From Candidatus Pacearchaeota archaeon (GTDB lineage: Archaea; Nanobdellota; Nanobdellia; Pacearchaeales; GW2011-AR1), in NCBI GenBank assembly GCA_016181895.1, contig JACOYL010000014.1, positions 1 through 60,089 of the forward strand: 60,089 nt of DNA. The letters are read 5' to 3'. Position 1 is the first letter of the stretch. Each line of letters begins with the position of its first letter. The position numbers were made by a program, and so were the translations under genes. The notes beneath the pieces were generated by a model, which saw only the letters and a program-made list of their open reading frames with translations, searched no databases and had not been told where the DNA came from. Positions 27,283 to 35,878 of this stretch are shown here, in pieces.

Positions 27283-28563
27283 TTAAATTTCCTGAAATTC
27301 CAATTTTTCATTCAATTCCCCCGCAAAATTCGTGAGCATCAATTTTTTGACTTCTTCCCTGTTTTTTGTCCTTGCAAGAATCCAGCCGAGTTTTACAAAA
27401 GCAGTTTCAGCCAGCATGTCTTCCAAATAAATCGCTCCCGATTCAAACAGTTCCCGCGCGTTTGAATACACAAAAGGATCCACTCTTCCAAAAATCGTCT
27501 GACTCGTGATGCAAACAACAATTCCTTTTTTCTGAATTTCTTTTATTTTTTTCAGCCATGATTTTTTTCCGCTTGAAGGAACATGTCCCAACCCCGAACA
27601 TTCCAAAACCAAGCCCTTGTATTTTTTCTTCGAGTAAAAATCCAGCAAGTCTGGATTTTGTCCCGGATAAATTTTTATCAAAGCAATCCGAGGCTCGAAT
27701 TTTGAGTCAATCTTGGTTTTGCCTTTTTCTCTTTTCTTATGATGTGAAATAATTTCAATTCTGTCGCCGTAGATTTTCGCGAAGGGTTTTCCGTTGATTG
27801 TCTTAAAAGCGTCCCTTGCAGAAGAATGCATTTTTCTTGTTTTTGTTCCGGGCATTGCATAACAATAATCATCGTTTGTGGTTGCATGTCCCACAATCAT
27901 GACTTCCGCAATGTCGCTGATTGCAGCCAAAGCCGCGCAACGCAAATTCAAATTTGCATCAGAACTCGCCCTGTCTGAACTTCTCTGGCTGTAAGTCAAA
28001 ACAACGGGTTTGCTTAAATTTTTCAAGAAAAAGCTCAAGGCTGCCGAAGTGTAATGCAAAAAATCAGTTCCATGAGTTATTATGATTCCCTTTATGTTTC
28101 CGTCGTTTAAAAACCCAGACGCAATTCTTGCGATTTTTTGCCAGTCTTTGAAATCCATGTCTTCCGAGGCTTTCATGAAAGGGATTTCAATCTTGGAAAC
28201 GTTGACCAATTCAAATAGTTCAGGATAATATTTGAACAACTCCTCGGGCTTTGTCAAAGGCTTGACGCCTCCTGTTCTTGAATCGTATCTTGACGCTATA
28301 GTGCCTCCCGTGATTATCATCGCGATGTTCGGCTTCTCGGAAGATTTCTTTATCTCAAAATTTTTCTCGTCCGATTTTATTTTTCTCAGAAATTTTATTT
28401 TCAAAATATCTTTCCTGTTGAAACCGACATTGTATCCGGAATCCAATTTCAGCAAAACCACGCCTTTTTCATTTCCAGGAACTTCCAATAAAATCCCAAG
28501 ATAAATCAGCTTTGAAAGATGAATTTCAACATAGTCGCCTGTTTGCGGTTTCCTGTCCGGCAT
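27283..28563 (-). CDS. gatD: Glu-tRNA(Gln) amidotransferase subunit D
   Basis: KLDSGYNVG, TGGTIASR, HGTD, SQRSSDR, RKMHS. Confidence 0.96.
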   Translation of the reverse strand: MPDRKPQTGDYVEIHLSKLIYLGILLEVPGNEKGVVLLKLDSGYNVGFNRKDILKIKFLRKIKSDEKNFEIKKSSEKPNIAMIITGGTIASRYDSRTGGVKPLTKPEELFKYYPELFELVNVSKIEIPFMKASEDMDFKDWQKIARIASGFLNDGNIKGIIITHGTDFLHYTSAALSFFLKNLSKPVVLTYSQRSSDRASSDANLNLRCAALAAISDIAEVMIVGHATTNDDYCYAMPGTKTRKMHSSARDAFKTINGKPFAKIYGDRIEIISHHKKREKGKTKIDSKFEPRIALIKIYPGQNPDLLDFYSKKKYKGLVLECSGLGHVPSSGKKSWLKKIKEIQKKGIVVCITSQTIFGRVDPFVYSNARELFESGAIYLEDMLAETAFVKLGWILARTKNREEVKKLMLTNFAGELNEKLEFQEI

Positions 28564-28648
28564 AATTCAAACAATATAAAAGACTATAAAAATATAATCA
28601 TATGTTGAAGAGAATAAAACTTATAAAGGAAAAACCACGAATACGCTC

Positions 28649-28999
28649 ATGAGTTTAAGGAAAGTTCTCGGGATTTCCGTGGGGGTGATTGCCGCCGGTT
28701 TAATCGGACTTTATGCGGTTAGTGAGGTAAAAAGTTATCAAGAATCTGTTAGAAGAAATGAGAGATTAGAAGTTTTAAAGAGTCACGAAAGTCTCAAAAC
28801 AATTGAAATAGACAAAGGAGACACGTACTGGAAACTTGCACAATCTGTTGGAAACCATCCTTGCTTGAGAGATATAAGCGTGGGGGATATAATGAATTAT
28901 CTTCAAAAAGTCAATAAAGGAAAAAATTTAATAGCCGGTCAAACTCTTCAATTTCCGCATTATAATCCTCAAAAGTGCAAGAGACTGGAAAATAAATAA
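28649..28999 (+). CDS. Membrane-anchored LysM-like protein
   Basis: N-terminal TM; IDKGDTYWKLA...VN...LIAGQTLQFP. Confidence 0.75.
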   Translation: MSLRKVLGISVGVIAAGLIGLYAVSEVKSYQESVRRNERLEVLKSHESLKTIEIDKGDTYWKLAQSVGNHPCLRDISVGDIMNYLQKVNKGKNLIAGQTLQFPHYNPQKCKRLENK

Positions 29000-29083
29000 T
29001 TTAATAAATCGGTTCTTCTTTTTCCTGAGTTCACGATGGAAACTTGAAAAAAAGTTTATTAACTTATTTTTCTTTTTTTCTCA

Positions 29084-30445
29084 ATGGTAAAAATAGGTTT
29101 GGAAATTCACGGTTATCTTAACACGAACGAGAAACTTTTCTGCCGTTGCAAATCTTCCCATGGAATGAAATTTTCAAAGCCAAATACAAACATTTGCCCT
29201 GTCTGCACAGGACAACCCGGAGCCAAGCCAATGCTTCCAAACAAGACTGCGATTAATCAAGTGATACAAATATCTTTGATTTTAGGATGCAGGATTAATT
29301 CCAGATTTTCATGGCAGAGAAAGCATTATGACTGGCCTGACTTGCCGAAGGGATTTCAATCTACGATTTCGGGAACTTACGCGATTCCAATTTCTGAAAA
29401 TGGGAAATTTCTCGGAATAAGAATAAGGGAAACTCATCTCGAAGAAGATCCCGCGGCCTGGAATCCCCAAACAGGAGAGGTGGATTACAACCGCTCTGGA
29501 AGCCCGTTGATTGAAATTGTAACAGAGCCGGATTTCAAAAATTCAGAAGACGTTGTTTCCTGGATAAGGCAATTAATCACAACTCTGGATTATGTGAAAG
29601 CCATAGACAAAAACTCCGGAATAAAAATCGACGTCAACGTTTCCCTTCCCGAATTCAAGACAGAAAGGGCCGAGATAAAAAATATAAATTCCCTTAGCAA
29701 TGTAAAAGCCGCGATAGAATACGAAATACAAAGGCAAAAAAAAGAAAAGCCGATAAGAAAAGAGACAAGAACATTCGACGACCTTTCCGGAAAGACGATA
29801 AAAATGCGCGAGAAGGAGCAGGCGGAGGATTACAGGTTTATCTCCGAACCTGATTTGCCGGTGATTAAAATAGACAAATCAAGAATTGCGCAAATAAAAT
29901 CCTTGCTTCCTGAAACGCCTCATGAAAAATTGCAAAAACTTGTCAAGAAGCACAGGATAGAAAAAAAATACGCCAAAATCCTGGTGAAAAAACTTGAAAT
30001 CGTCGAGTTCTTTGAAAAAATCGTGGCTCGGGTTTCTCCGATTCTTGCCACGCATTGGGTTGCCGGCGAGCTTTTAAGGGTTTTGAATTACGCGAAAAAA
30101 GAGCTTGAAGAAGTCGACATAAAAGCAGAACATTTCATAGAACTTTTGAACATGATCGAAAAAAACATGATAACAGCGTTGAAGGCAAAGGAAATTTTAA
30201 ATCGGTTTGTTCCAAAATCTTTTTCTCCGAAAAAGGAAATTTCAAAGCATTCCGTGATCGGCTCGGAAAAAGAAATCGGAAAAATCATTTCATTGGTTTT
30301 AAAGGAAAATTCAAAGGCTGTCGGGGATTACAAAAGTGGAAAGCCAGAAGCGATGAATTTTCTTCTCGGACAAATTATGAAGCAATCGGGAAAAAGAATC
30401 AATTCAGAAGTTGCAAGGGAAATTTTGAAGAAAAGATTGAATTGA
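29084..30445 (+). CDS. gatB: Asp/Glu-tRNA amidotransferase subunit B
   Basis: IGLEIH, RKHY.WPDLPKGFQ, HLEED, DYNRSG.PLIEIVTEP, YRFISEPDL. Confidence 0.97.
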   Translation: MVKIGLEIHGYLNTNEKLFCRCKSSHGMKFSKPNTNICPVCTGQPGAKPMLPNKTAINQVIQISLILGCRINSRFSWQRKHYDWPDLPKGFQSTISGTYAIPISENGKFLGIRIRETHLEEDPAAWNPQTGEVDYNRSGSPLIEIVTEPDFKNSEDVVSWIRQLITTLDYVKAIDKNSGIKIDVNVSLPEFKTERAEIKNINSLSNVKAAIEYEIQRQKKEKPIRKETRTFDDLSGKTIKMREKEQAEDYRFISEPDLPVIKIDKSRIAQIKSLLPETPHEKLQKLVKKHRIEKKYAKILVKKLEIVEFFEKIVARVSPILATHWVAGELLRVLNYAKKELEEVDIKAEHFIELLNMIEKNMITALKAKEILNRFVPKSFSPKKEISKHSVIGSEKEIGKIISLVLKENSKAVGDYKSGKPEAMNFLLGQIMKQSGKRINSEVAREILKKRLN

Positions 30446-30479
30446 TTGAAGATCTTGTTGTGGAAAAATCAAAAGAGAT

Positions 30480-30765
30480 TTTATCATTAACATTTGGTTT
30501 AGGGTGGGCGGTAAGCAAATTCATGAAAAAAATTGATATAGGAAAAGATTAATGCTAAAATTTTATCGTGAGTAAATAACTTATGAAACTCGGTTTTTAC
30601 ATTAACACTTTGTTTTTGGGGTGGGCGAACGCTTTGATTTTGACTATCTTTAAAATTAACAACAAAATCGGGGCGTGAGTAGGGTTGGGGCAAATTAATT
30701 AAAAGAAAAAATTCACAAACGAGTGGGGTCGCGAGTTGTCGGGGGATTGGTGGTGGGGCGATTAA
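30480..30765 (+). repeat. Mosaic repeat locus (at least four units)
   Basis: GGAAAAGATTAATGCTAAAA...TTTTACATTAAC...GGGGTGGGCGAACGC; tail GTCGGGGGATTGGTGGTGGGG. Confidence 0.85.
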
Positions 30766-30784
30766 AATTTATTCAAGAATTTTC

Positions 30785-31903
30785 TCACAAAAAACCATGC
30801 AGCAATTCAAGAAATATTCCAGCCAAAAATATCAGGGTTAAAATCCAAAATATGAGCCAGTTCATCGGCACTGAAAATTCAGGCTTTCTGTTTCCTTTCT
30901 TTTTTGATTTCATGTGAATAAGCATGATGAGAATTATGGTAAATCCTCCTGTAATAACTCCCCCGATTCCTATGATGTTCACGAAACTCGCCATGTTGAA
31001 AAATGAAACAATAAGATACAAAATCAAAGGAACCAGTGAAACATAAGTGAGAACGTGCGGATTTTTCTTCAAGTCATAAACGAAAACATCCAGCAATGAA
31101 AAACTCAAAACAAAATAGGCGGCCATCATCGTGAAAATTCCCAAAACAGGTATAAAACTGTCCGAAGAGATTGTTGCAACCTGGCTTACATTTTTTCCAA
31201 AAACCCCCAGAAATGTCAGGCTGAAAATAAAATACAAAACAATCGGAATCAAAGTTCCAAGAATTATCGCCTTTCTCATGAGTTTTTCTTTTTTCATGAT
31301 TTCAATTCTCATCTCGGGAATCGCTGAAAACCCGAGAACGGCGAAGAGAACAACTCCGAACGGAAAGAAAAAACCATTATAATCAATGTAAGATAAATTG
31401 CCGATGCTTACATCGTCGACGAAATAAAAAAACATGAAGAGGATTATTGCTGTTACGAGTAAAATCCCCCGTGATTCGATTTTTTTCAGTCCCTCCAACC
31501 CTTCCCTTAAAAACAGCGTCATGACAAACCAAAAACCGACTGCAAAAAAAACGCTGTAGTTGAGGTTTCCAAAAAACAAGATTGAAAAGCTCTGCCCTTC
31601 TCCTATGAGATACGCAAGCAGAGCCGCGTAAATCCCGAAGATTTTTATGAGCATCATTATCTTTTTTCCGTTTTTTCCAAGATACAAGCCGGCATATCCC
31701 GGAATCTGGTGTATTTTCTTCGTTCTCAATGTGATTTCGCCGAGACAGAGATTTATGTAAAGCGTTATCAATCCCAAAAAAACAAGCCAGAAAACTCCTA
31801 CTAAGAAACCTGATTTTGAAAAAACATACGGCAGTCCCAAAATCCCCGCGCCGATGATTGCTCCGCTAAGCGTCAACGACGTCGCCCAAAATTTTTTGTC
31901 CAT
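30785..31903 (-). CDS. Aromatic amino acid permease (TyrP/Mtr-like)
   Basis: GAIIGAGILGLP; about 11 TM segments. Confidence 0.88.
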   Translation of the reverse strand: MDKKFWATSLTLSGAIIGAGILGLPYVFSKSGFLVGVFWLVFLGLITLYINLCLGEITLRTKKIHQIPGYAGLYLGKNGKKIMMLIKIFGIYAALLAYLIGEGQSFSILFFGNLNYSVFFAVGFWFVMTLFLREGLEGLKKIESRGILLVTAIILFMFFYFVDDVSIGNLSYIDYNGFFFPFGVVLFAVLGFSAIPEMRIEIMKKEKLMRKAIILGTLIPIVLYFIFSLTFLGVFGKNVSQVATISSDSFIPVLGIFTMMAAYFVLSFSLLDVFVYDLKKNPHVLTYVSLVPLILYLIVSFFNMASFVNIIGIGGVITGGFTIILIMLIHMKSKKKGNRKPEFSVPMNWLIFWILTLIFLAGIFLELLHGFL

Positions 31904-31961
31904 CCAATCACCTTTTTATTTTAAATAAAATATTTTGGGATATAAAAAGGTTTCAGAATTA

Positions 31962-32498
31962 TCAAGGCAATTGTAATTTCATTTCCCAAGTGCCGCCCAT
32001 GAATTTGAAATTACGTCCATTAACCACGTATTCCCCTTTAGCGCTAAATTCATTCCCAGAAGTTAGCCAATGAATCCCGGAATAAAATACACTAAAAAGA
32101 TTATTTCTAAAATCTCGTTCAGGTCCAATTTCTCCCCCTCTTCCGGCAAGAGAATCTTCACCGCGAACGTAACTCTTCTGAAAAGTCATTATCCCCGCAT
32201 ATTCTCCCTGTTGTTTGCCCATCAACCCGACAACCCCGGATTTTCCAAAATCATCGTTGCATCCGGCAACAAATAATCCCGTTTCAGAATCAAGAGAAAA
32301 CATATCCAAAGAAAAATCATATGGTTTCCGGTCTCTTTCTATCGCAATTCTTTTTTGTTCTCTTTCTTCATCGGAACAATAAATAAATTCTGGGCTCAAT
32401 GCTTTGAGGTCATTTTCAACGCCTTCAACATTCCTAAGAAATTGTCCTGAAATACGAACTTTGATTCCGGAATTTACCAGCCGAGCCAAATATTCCAT
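31962..32498 (-). CDS. Hypothetical protein
   Basis: Orphan ORF with ATCACAATAA-TATA promoter. Confidence 0.6.
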   Translation of the reverse strand: MEYLARLVNSGIKVRISGQFLRNVEGVENDLKALSPEFIYCSDEEREQKRIAIERDRKPYDFSLDMFSLDSETGLFVAGCNDDFGKSGVVGLMGKQQGEYAGIMTFQKSYVRGEDSLAGRGGEIGPERDFRNNLFSVFYSGIHWLTSGNEFSAKGEYVVNGRNFKFMGGTWEMKLQLP

Positions 32499-32589
32499 GT
32501 CGGAAAGTATATATTTTCCTTTTTAAAAATTATTGTGATGAAATTTTATTTGTCATTAGCATGGATTTTTAAGGATTGTTATAGTGAAA

Positions 32590-32661
32590 CGAACCCAGGA
32601 GGAATCGAACCTCCATCCTCGGGGCCGAAACCCGAGATTCTGTCCATTAAACTATGGGTCC
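32590..32661 (-). tRNA. tRNA-Arg(TCG)
   Basis: GGACCCA/TGGGTTC acceptor; TCGGG-TT TCG GC-CCCGA; GGAGG-TTCGATT-CCTCC. Confidence 0.92.
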
Positions 32662-32799
32662 ATGAAGATAAAACAAAATTTGTGCTTATTTAATTTTCCG
32701 TTCAAGAGATTGTCGCATAATCGGGAGGTAATAGAAATTTACCGATGAGAAAAATTAAACAACTCCCGTAGATTAGACATCCCCTCCGTTCAAAAACAT

Positions 32800-33085
32800 G
32801 CTCGCCTTCTACTCGTACCACGACTTTATATTAATAAAAATAAATTTGTCAAAGTCAAAACACTCGGCTCGCTTAGATTAATGTAAAATCTGCTCATAAG
32901 TTGATAAAAGTTGTAAAAGATGGTTAACGATTAAAATTGGATTTTTAGGGGCGGGCGAGCAAGATTGCGAGTGAAATTGATATTCAATGGGAAAAGATTA
33001 ATGCGAAAATTTTATCGTTGGTAAATAATTAATGAAATTTGGTTTTTACATTAACACTTGTTTTTATGGGTGGGTGGGAACAAAT
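32800..33085 (+). repeat. Mosaic repeat locus; head split by an inverted unit
   Basis: GCTCGCCTTC [inverted unit] TCGGCTCGCTTA; unit at 32990-33075 closely matches 30541-30627. Confidence 0.85.
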
Positions 33086-33096
33086 TTTCAAAAACC

Positions 33097-33315
33097 TCAC
33101 AAAATCTCGGTTTCAACAGATATGTTTTTTAGATCTTTCAAATCGCCTAATGAAAGATAATTTAAAACCTCAAAACCAATAACTTTTCCACTTTTGTTTC
33201 TTATTAAAATTATCTCCTCGGAAGTTTCCTCTGAAATAGATTCATTTTTAGGGTCATCAAACCATACATTCAAAGTATTTCCTGTCTTGTCAAAAAAGAT
33301 CTTAATTGGTTTCAT
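33097..33315 (-). CDS. DUF2283 family antitoxin-like protein
   Basis: FDKTGNTLNVWF...GKVIGFEVLN. Confidence 0.8.
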   Translation of the reverse strand: MKPIKIFFDKTGNTLNVWFDDPKNESISEETSEEIILIRNKSGKVIGFEVLNYLSLGDLKDLKNISVETEIL

Positions 33316-33616
33316 ATTTTTCTCCAATCTTAATTTTGTCAGTTATATATGCAGTAATTATAAAACCACCTCCATTTAAATGTTTTGCTACAACACAACA
33401 ATATTTTCCATTTAATTTTTTATAATATAAAAACACTGTAGAATCCTTTTTGCTCATTCTTAATTCATCTGGTTTTCGAAGTGCTTCTTTGACCAGATTT
33501 TCTTTGTTTTCCATTATTTTATGTTTAGTTTTAATGATTTTATTCCAATAATTTTTAGTCACCCTTATATTTTTATTTAAAACAGATACAATTTCAAAAT
33601 GAATTTTTGAATCCAT
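33302..33616 (-). CDS. DUF4258/RelE-like toxin
   Basis: W.KI..KH..M, ...FIITAYITDK; overlaps the DUF2283 gene. Confidence 0.7.
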   Translation of the reverse strand: MDSKIHFEIVSVLNKNIRVTKNYWNKIIKTKHKIMENKENLVKEALRKPDELRMSKKDSTVFLYYKKLNGKYCCVVAKHLNGGGFIITAYITDKIKIGEKYETN

Positions 33617-33640
33617 TTTAAAAAATAAACTAAGCAATAA

Positions 33641-34186
33641 TTAAATCTTTCTAACCCCAAAAAATTTCTTCTTATACATCTCAATTCCCTTCTTTATCGA
33701 TTTCAAAGCCTCTTCCTTTCCCTTTATTCCCAATACCTTTACCTCTTTTTGTTCCAATTCCTTGTATGTCTCGAAAAAATGCTTCAGCTCTTCAAGAAAA
33801 TGCGGCTGCAAATCAGTGATTGAATTTATTTTTTTATATCTTGGATCCTTGTCATAAACACCAATGATTTTGTCGTCGCTCTTTCCTTGATCTGTCATGT
33901 GCAAAACTCCTATGACTTTCACCGCAACAAGAGTTCCGGGGTAAACAGGCTCTCCCGTAATGATTATTATGTCCAAAGGATCCCCGTCATCCCAATGTGT
34001 TTGCGGAATGAATCCGTAGTCTCCCGGATAATGCATCGAAGAAAAAAGAAACCTGTCGAGTTTTATCATTCCCGTTTCTTTGTCAATCTCGTACTTGATT
34101 TTGGAGCCTTTTGGAATTTCCATGATAGCATTTACGATTTCCGGCGCGTTTTTTCCGGGAGAAATGTCGTGCAAAGGGTTTTTCAT
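33641..34186 (-). CDS. ppa: Inorganic pyrophosphatase (family I)
   Basis: EIPKGSKIKYE, YGFIPQT..DDGDPLD, DDKII, HFFETYK. Confidence 0.97.
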   Translation of the reverse strand: MKNPLHDISPGKNAPEIVNAIMEIPKGSKIKYEIDKETGMIKLDRFLFSSMHYPGDYGFIPQTHWDDGDPLDIIIITGEPVYPGTLVAVKVIGVLHMTDQGKSDDKIIGVYDKDPRYKKINSITDLQPHFLEELKHFFETYKELEQKEVKVLGIKGKEEALKSIKKGIEMYKKKFFGVRKI

Positions 34187-34287
34187 TATGTAAAATCTCC
34201 GGATTTTATATGCTTGAAAAATTTCTTATTTTTCATAAGAAAGGATGTTAATTTTCGCTTTTAAATTTTATTGTCTAAAAAGAAAAA

Positions 34288-34734
34288 TCAATCGTATTCA
34301 TCTCTGTTCATCGTGCGCTCAAAATTCTGTTCTGCAGTTTTTTCGCCTAGATAACTCAAAAAATTTTGCAACTCAGCATAAGATTCTCTATCTACATTAA
34401 CAATGCCGTAACCGTGAATTTTGAGATTTTTAACAAGCCCGGAAAATTCCAAAATTTTCTTACCCATCAATTCATCGTCGTATTTTCTGTCGGAAAAATC
34501 TTTTATCGCTTTTCCCAAAAAAAGATAGTGTTTGTTTTCTTCATGCAAATCTTCGTGTTCAGGCAAAATCGCCCTCAAAGCAGTATCAAAAAGTTTATCT
34601 ATTTCAGGCAAAATCGCTGGTGAAAAATTCATGGTTTCACCTTTTAAGATTTCTTCCAAGATGCCAGATGTTACAGATAATGAATAAGAAAATCTAGATG
34701 ATATATCAATCTCTGCTCCAACAACAACCGACAT
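34288..34734 (-). CDS. Hypothetical protein
   Basis: Orphan ORF with ATCACAACAA-TATA promoter. Confidence 0.6.
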   Translation of the reverse strand: MSVVVGAEIDISSRFSYSLSVTSGILEEILKGETMNFSPAILPEIDKLFDTALRAILPEHEDLHEENKHYLFLGKAIKDFSDRKYDDELMGKKILEFSGLVKNLKIHGYGIVNVDRESYAELQNFLSYLGEKTAEQNFERTMNRDEYD

Positions 34735-34821
34735 CCCATAAGATAAAACTCTCAGTTAATAAACTTTGTTGTGATTTCGTGATTTCAAAAACTTAATAAA
34801 CAAAAAAACATTCAAATAGGC

Positions 34822-35691
34822 ATGCAACTTGAAAGACACCACAAGATTCTCATCGGAAGCTTCTCTACGATTGTAATAATTTTCATGATTTCAACGAGCG
34901 TTTTTTTATATCTTCTTTTCGTGAAAACAAACGTGAATTACTCGACGCTGAACAAAAAAATAGACGGCATCGAAAAGGACACGAATTCAAAAATAACGGA
35001 TTTGTCCGCAGGGCTTATTGACACAAATAATTTGATCGGTTCTGAACTCGGTTCTTTAAGCAAGGAACTTGATTTGCTGAAAGCCTCGGCAGGCGAGGAT
35101 TTCTCAGGAATAATTGAATCTGCAATTGAATCCGTCGTTACGATAAGGACAAATTCAGGACAGGGAACTGGATTCATTGTTGATTCCGAAGGATACATCG
35201 TGACAAATGCGCACGTTCTCGCGGATTCAAACGGAAACTTAGCTTCGGGAATCCAAGCAATTACATCAGATGGAAACGCCAGAAGCGCGGAATTCATCGG
35301 CTATGACGGAGATTTGGATATTGCTTTGCTGAAAATTTCCGGAACATGGGATGCTTTGAAATTTGGAGATTCAAACGATGTTCAAGTCGGAGAAAAAGTA
35401 ATAGCGATTGGCAATCCTTTAGGATTGCAATTCTCGGTTTCGCAGGGAATTGTCTCGGCAATTCACAGGCAAGGAAGCAATGGATTGGATGCATACATTC
35501 AAACAGACGCCGCCCTAAATCCTGGAAATTCAGGAGGACCTTTGATAAATGTTGAGGGAAAAGTAATCGGAATAAACAATTTCAAAATCGGCGGCGGGGA
35601 AAACCTCGGCTTTGCATTGGAATCAAATTACATTGTTGATGCCGTGAATGGAATTTCGCAGGAAGAATTAAATCAGATTTTGATAAGTTAA
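34822..35691 (+). CDS. HtrA/DegP-like trypsin serine protease without PDZ, membrane-anchored
   Basis: GTGF, TNAHV, DIALLK, GNPLG, QTDAALNPGNSGGPL. Confidence 0.93.
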   Translation: MQLERHHKILIGSFSTIVIIFMISTSVFLYLLFVKTNVNYSTLNKKIDGIEKDTNSKITDLSAGLIDTNNLIGSELGSLSKELDLLKASAGEDFSGIIESAIESVVTIRTNSGQGTGFIVDSEGYIVTNAHVLADSNGNLASGIQAITSDGNARSAEFIGYDGDLDIALLKISGTWDALKFGDSNDVQVGEKVIAIGNPLGLQFSVSQGIVSAIHRQGSNGLDAYIQTDAALNPGNSGGPLINVEGKVIGINNFKIGGGENLGFALESNYIVDAVNGISQEELNQILIS

Positions 35692-35877
35692 ATGGTAAAC
35701 GCGGAATTTTTTGACATATTTGGATTTTTAGGATTTATTTATATCACAGGCATAAGTCTGTGGATGTTAAAGAATAACAAGAAACTTCCAAAACCGGCGA
35801 TAATTATTTTATTGACGATAGGAATTTTAGGTTTGCTGATAGACGGATTTATAATAATTAAAACATATTTGATATAA
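35692..35877 (+). CDS. Small two-TM membrane protein
   Basis: Abuts both neighbours; hydrophobic. Confidence 0.65.
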   Translation: MVNAEFFDIFGFLGFIYITGISLWMLKNNKKLPKPAIIILLTIGILGLLIDGFIIIKTYLI

Positions 35878-35878
35878 A

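Noticed and set aside
30499-30917. Short ORFs inside repeat loci (30499-30693, 30723-30917; also 5644-5826 and 39479-39667)
   Set aside because: Non-ATG starts, and frames are not kept open among homologous copies
32721-32768. CGGGAG/CTCCCG inverted repeat with inner hairpin as an ncRNA
   Set aside because: Stems are short, single-copy and without a clear promoter
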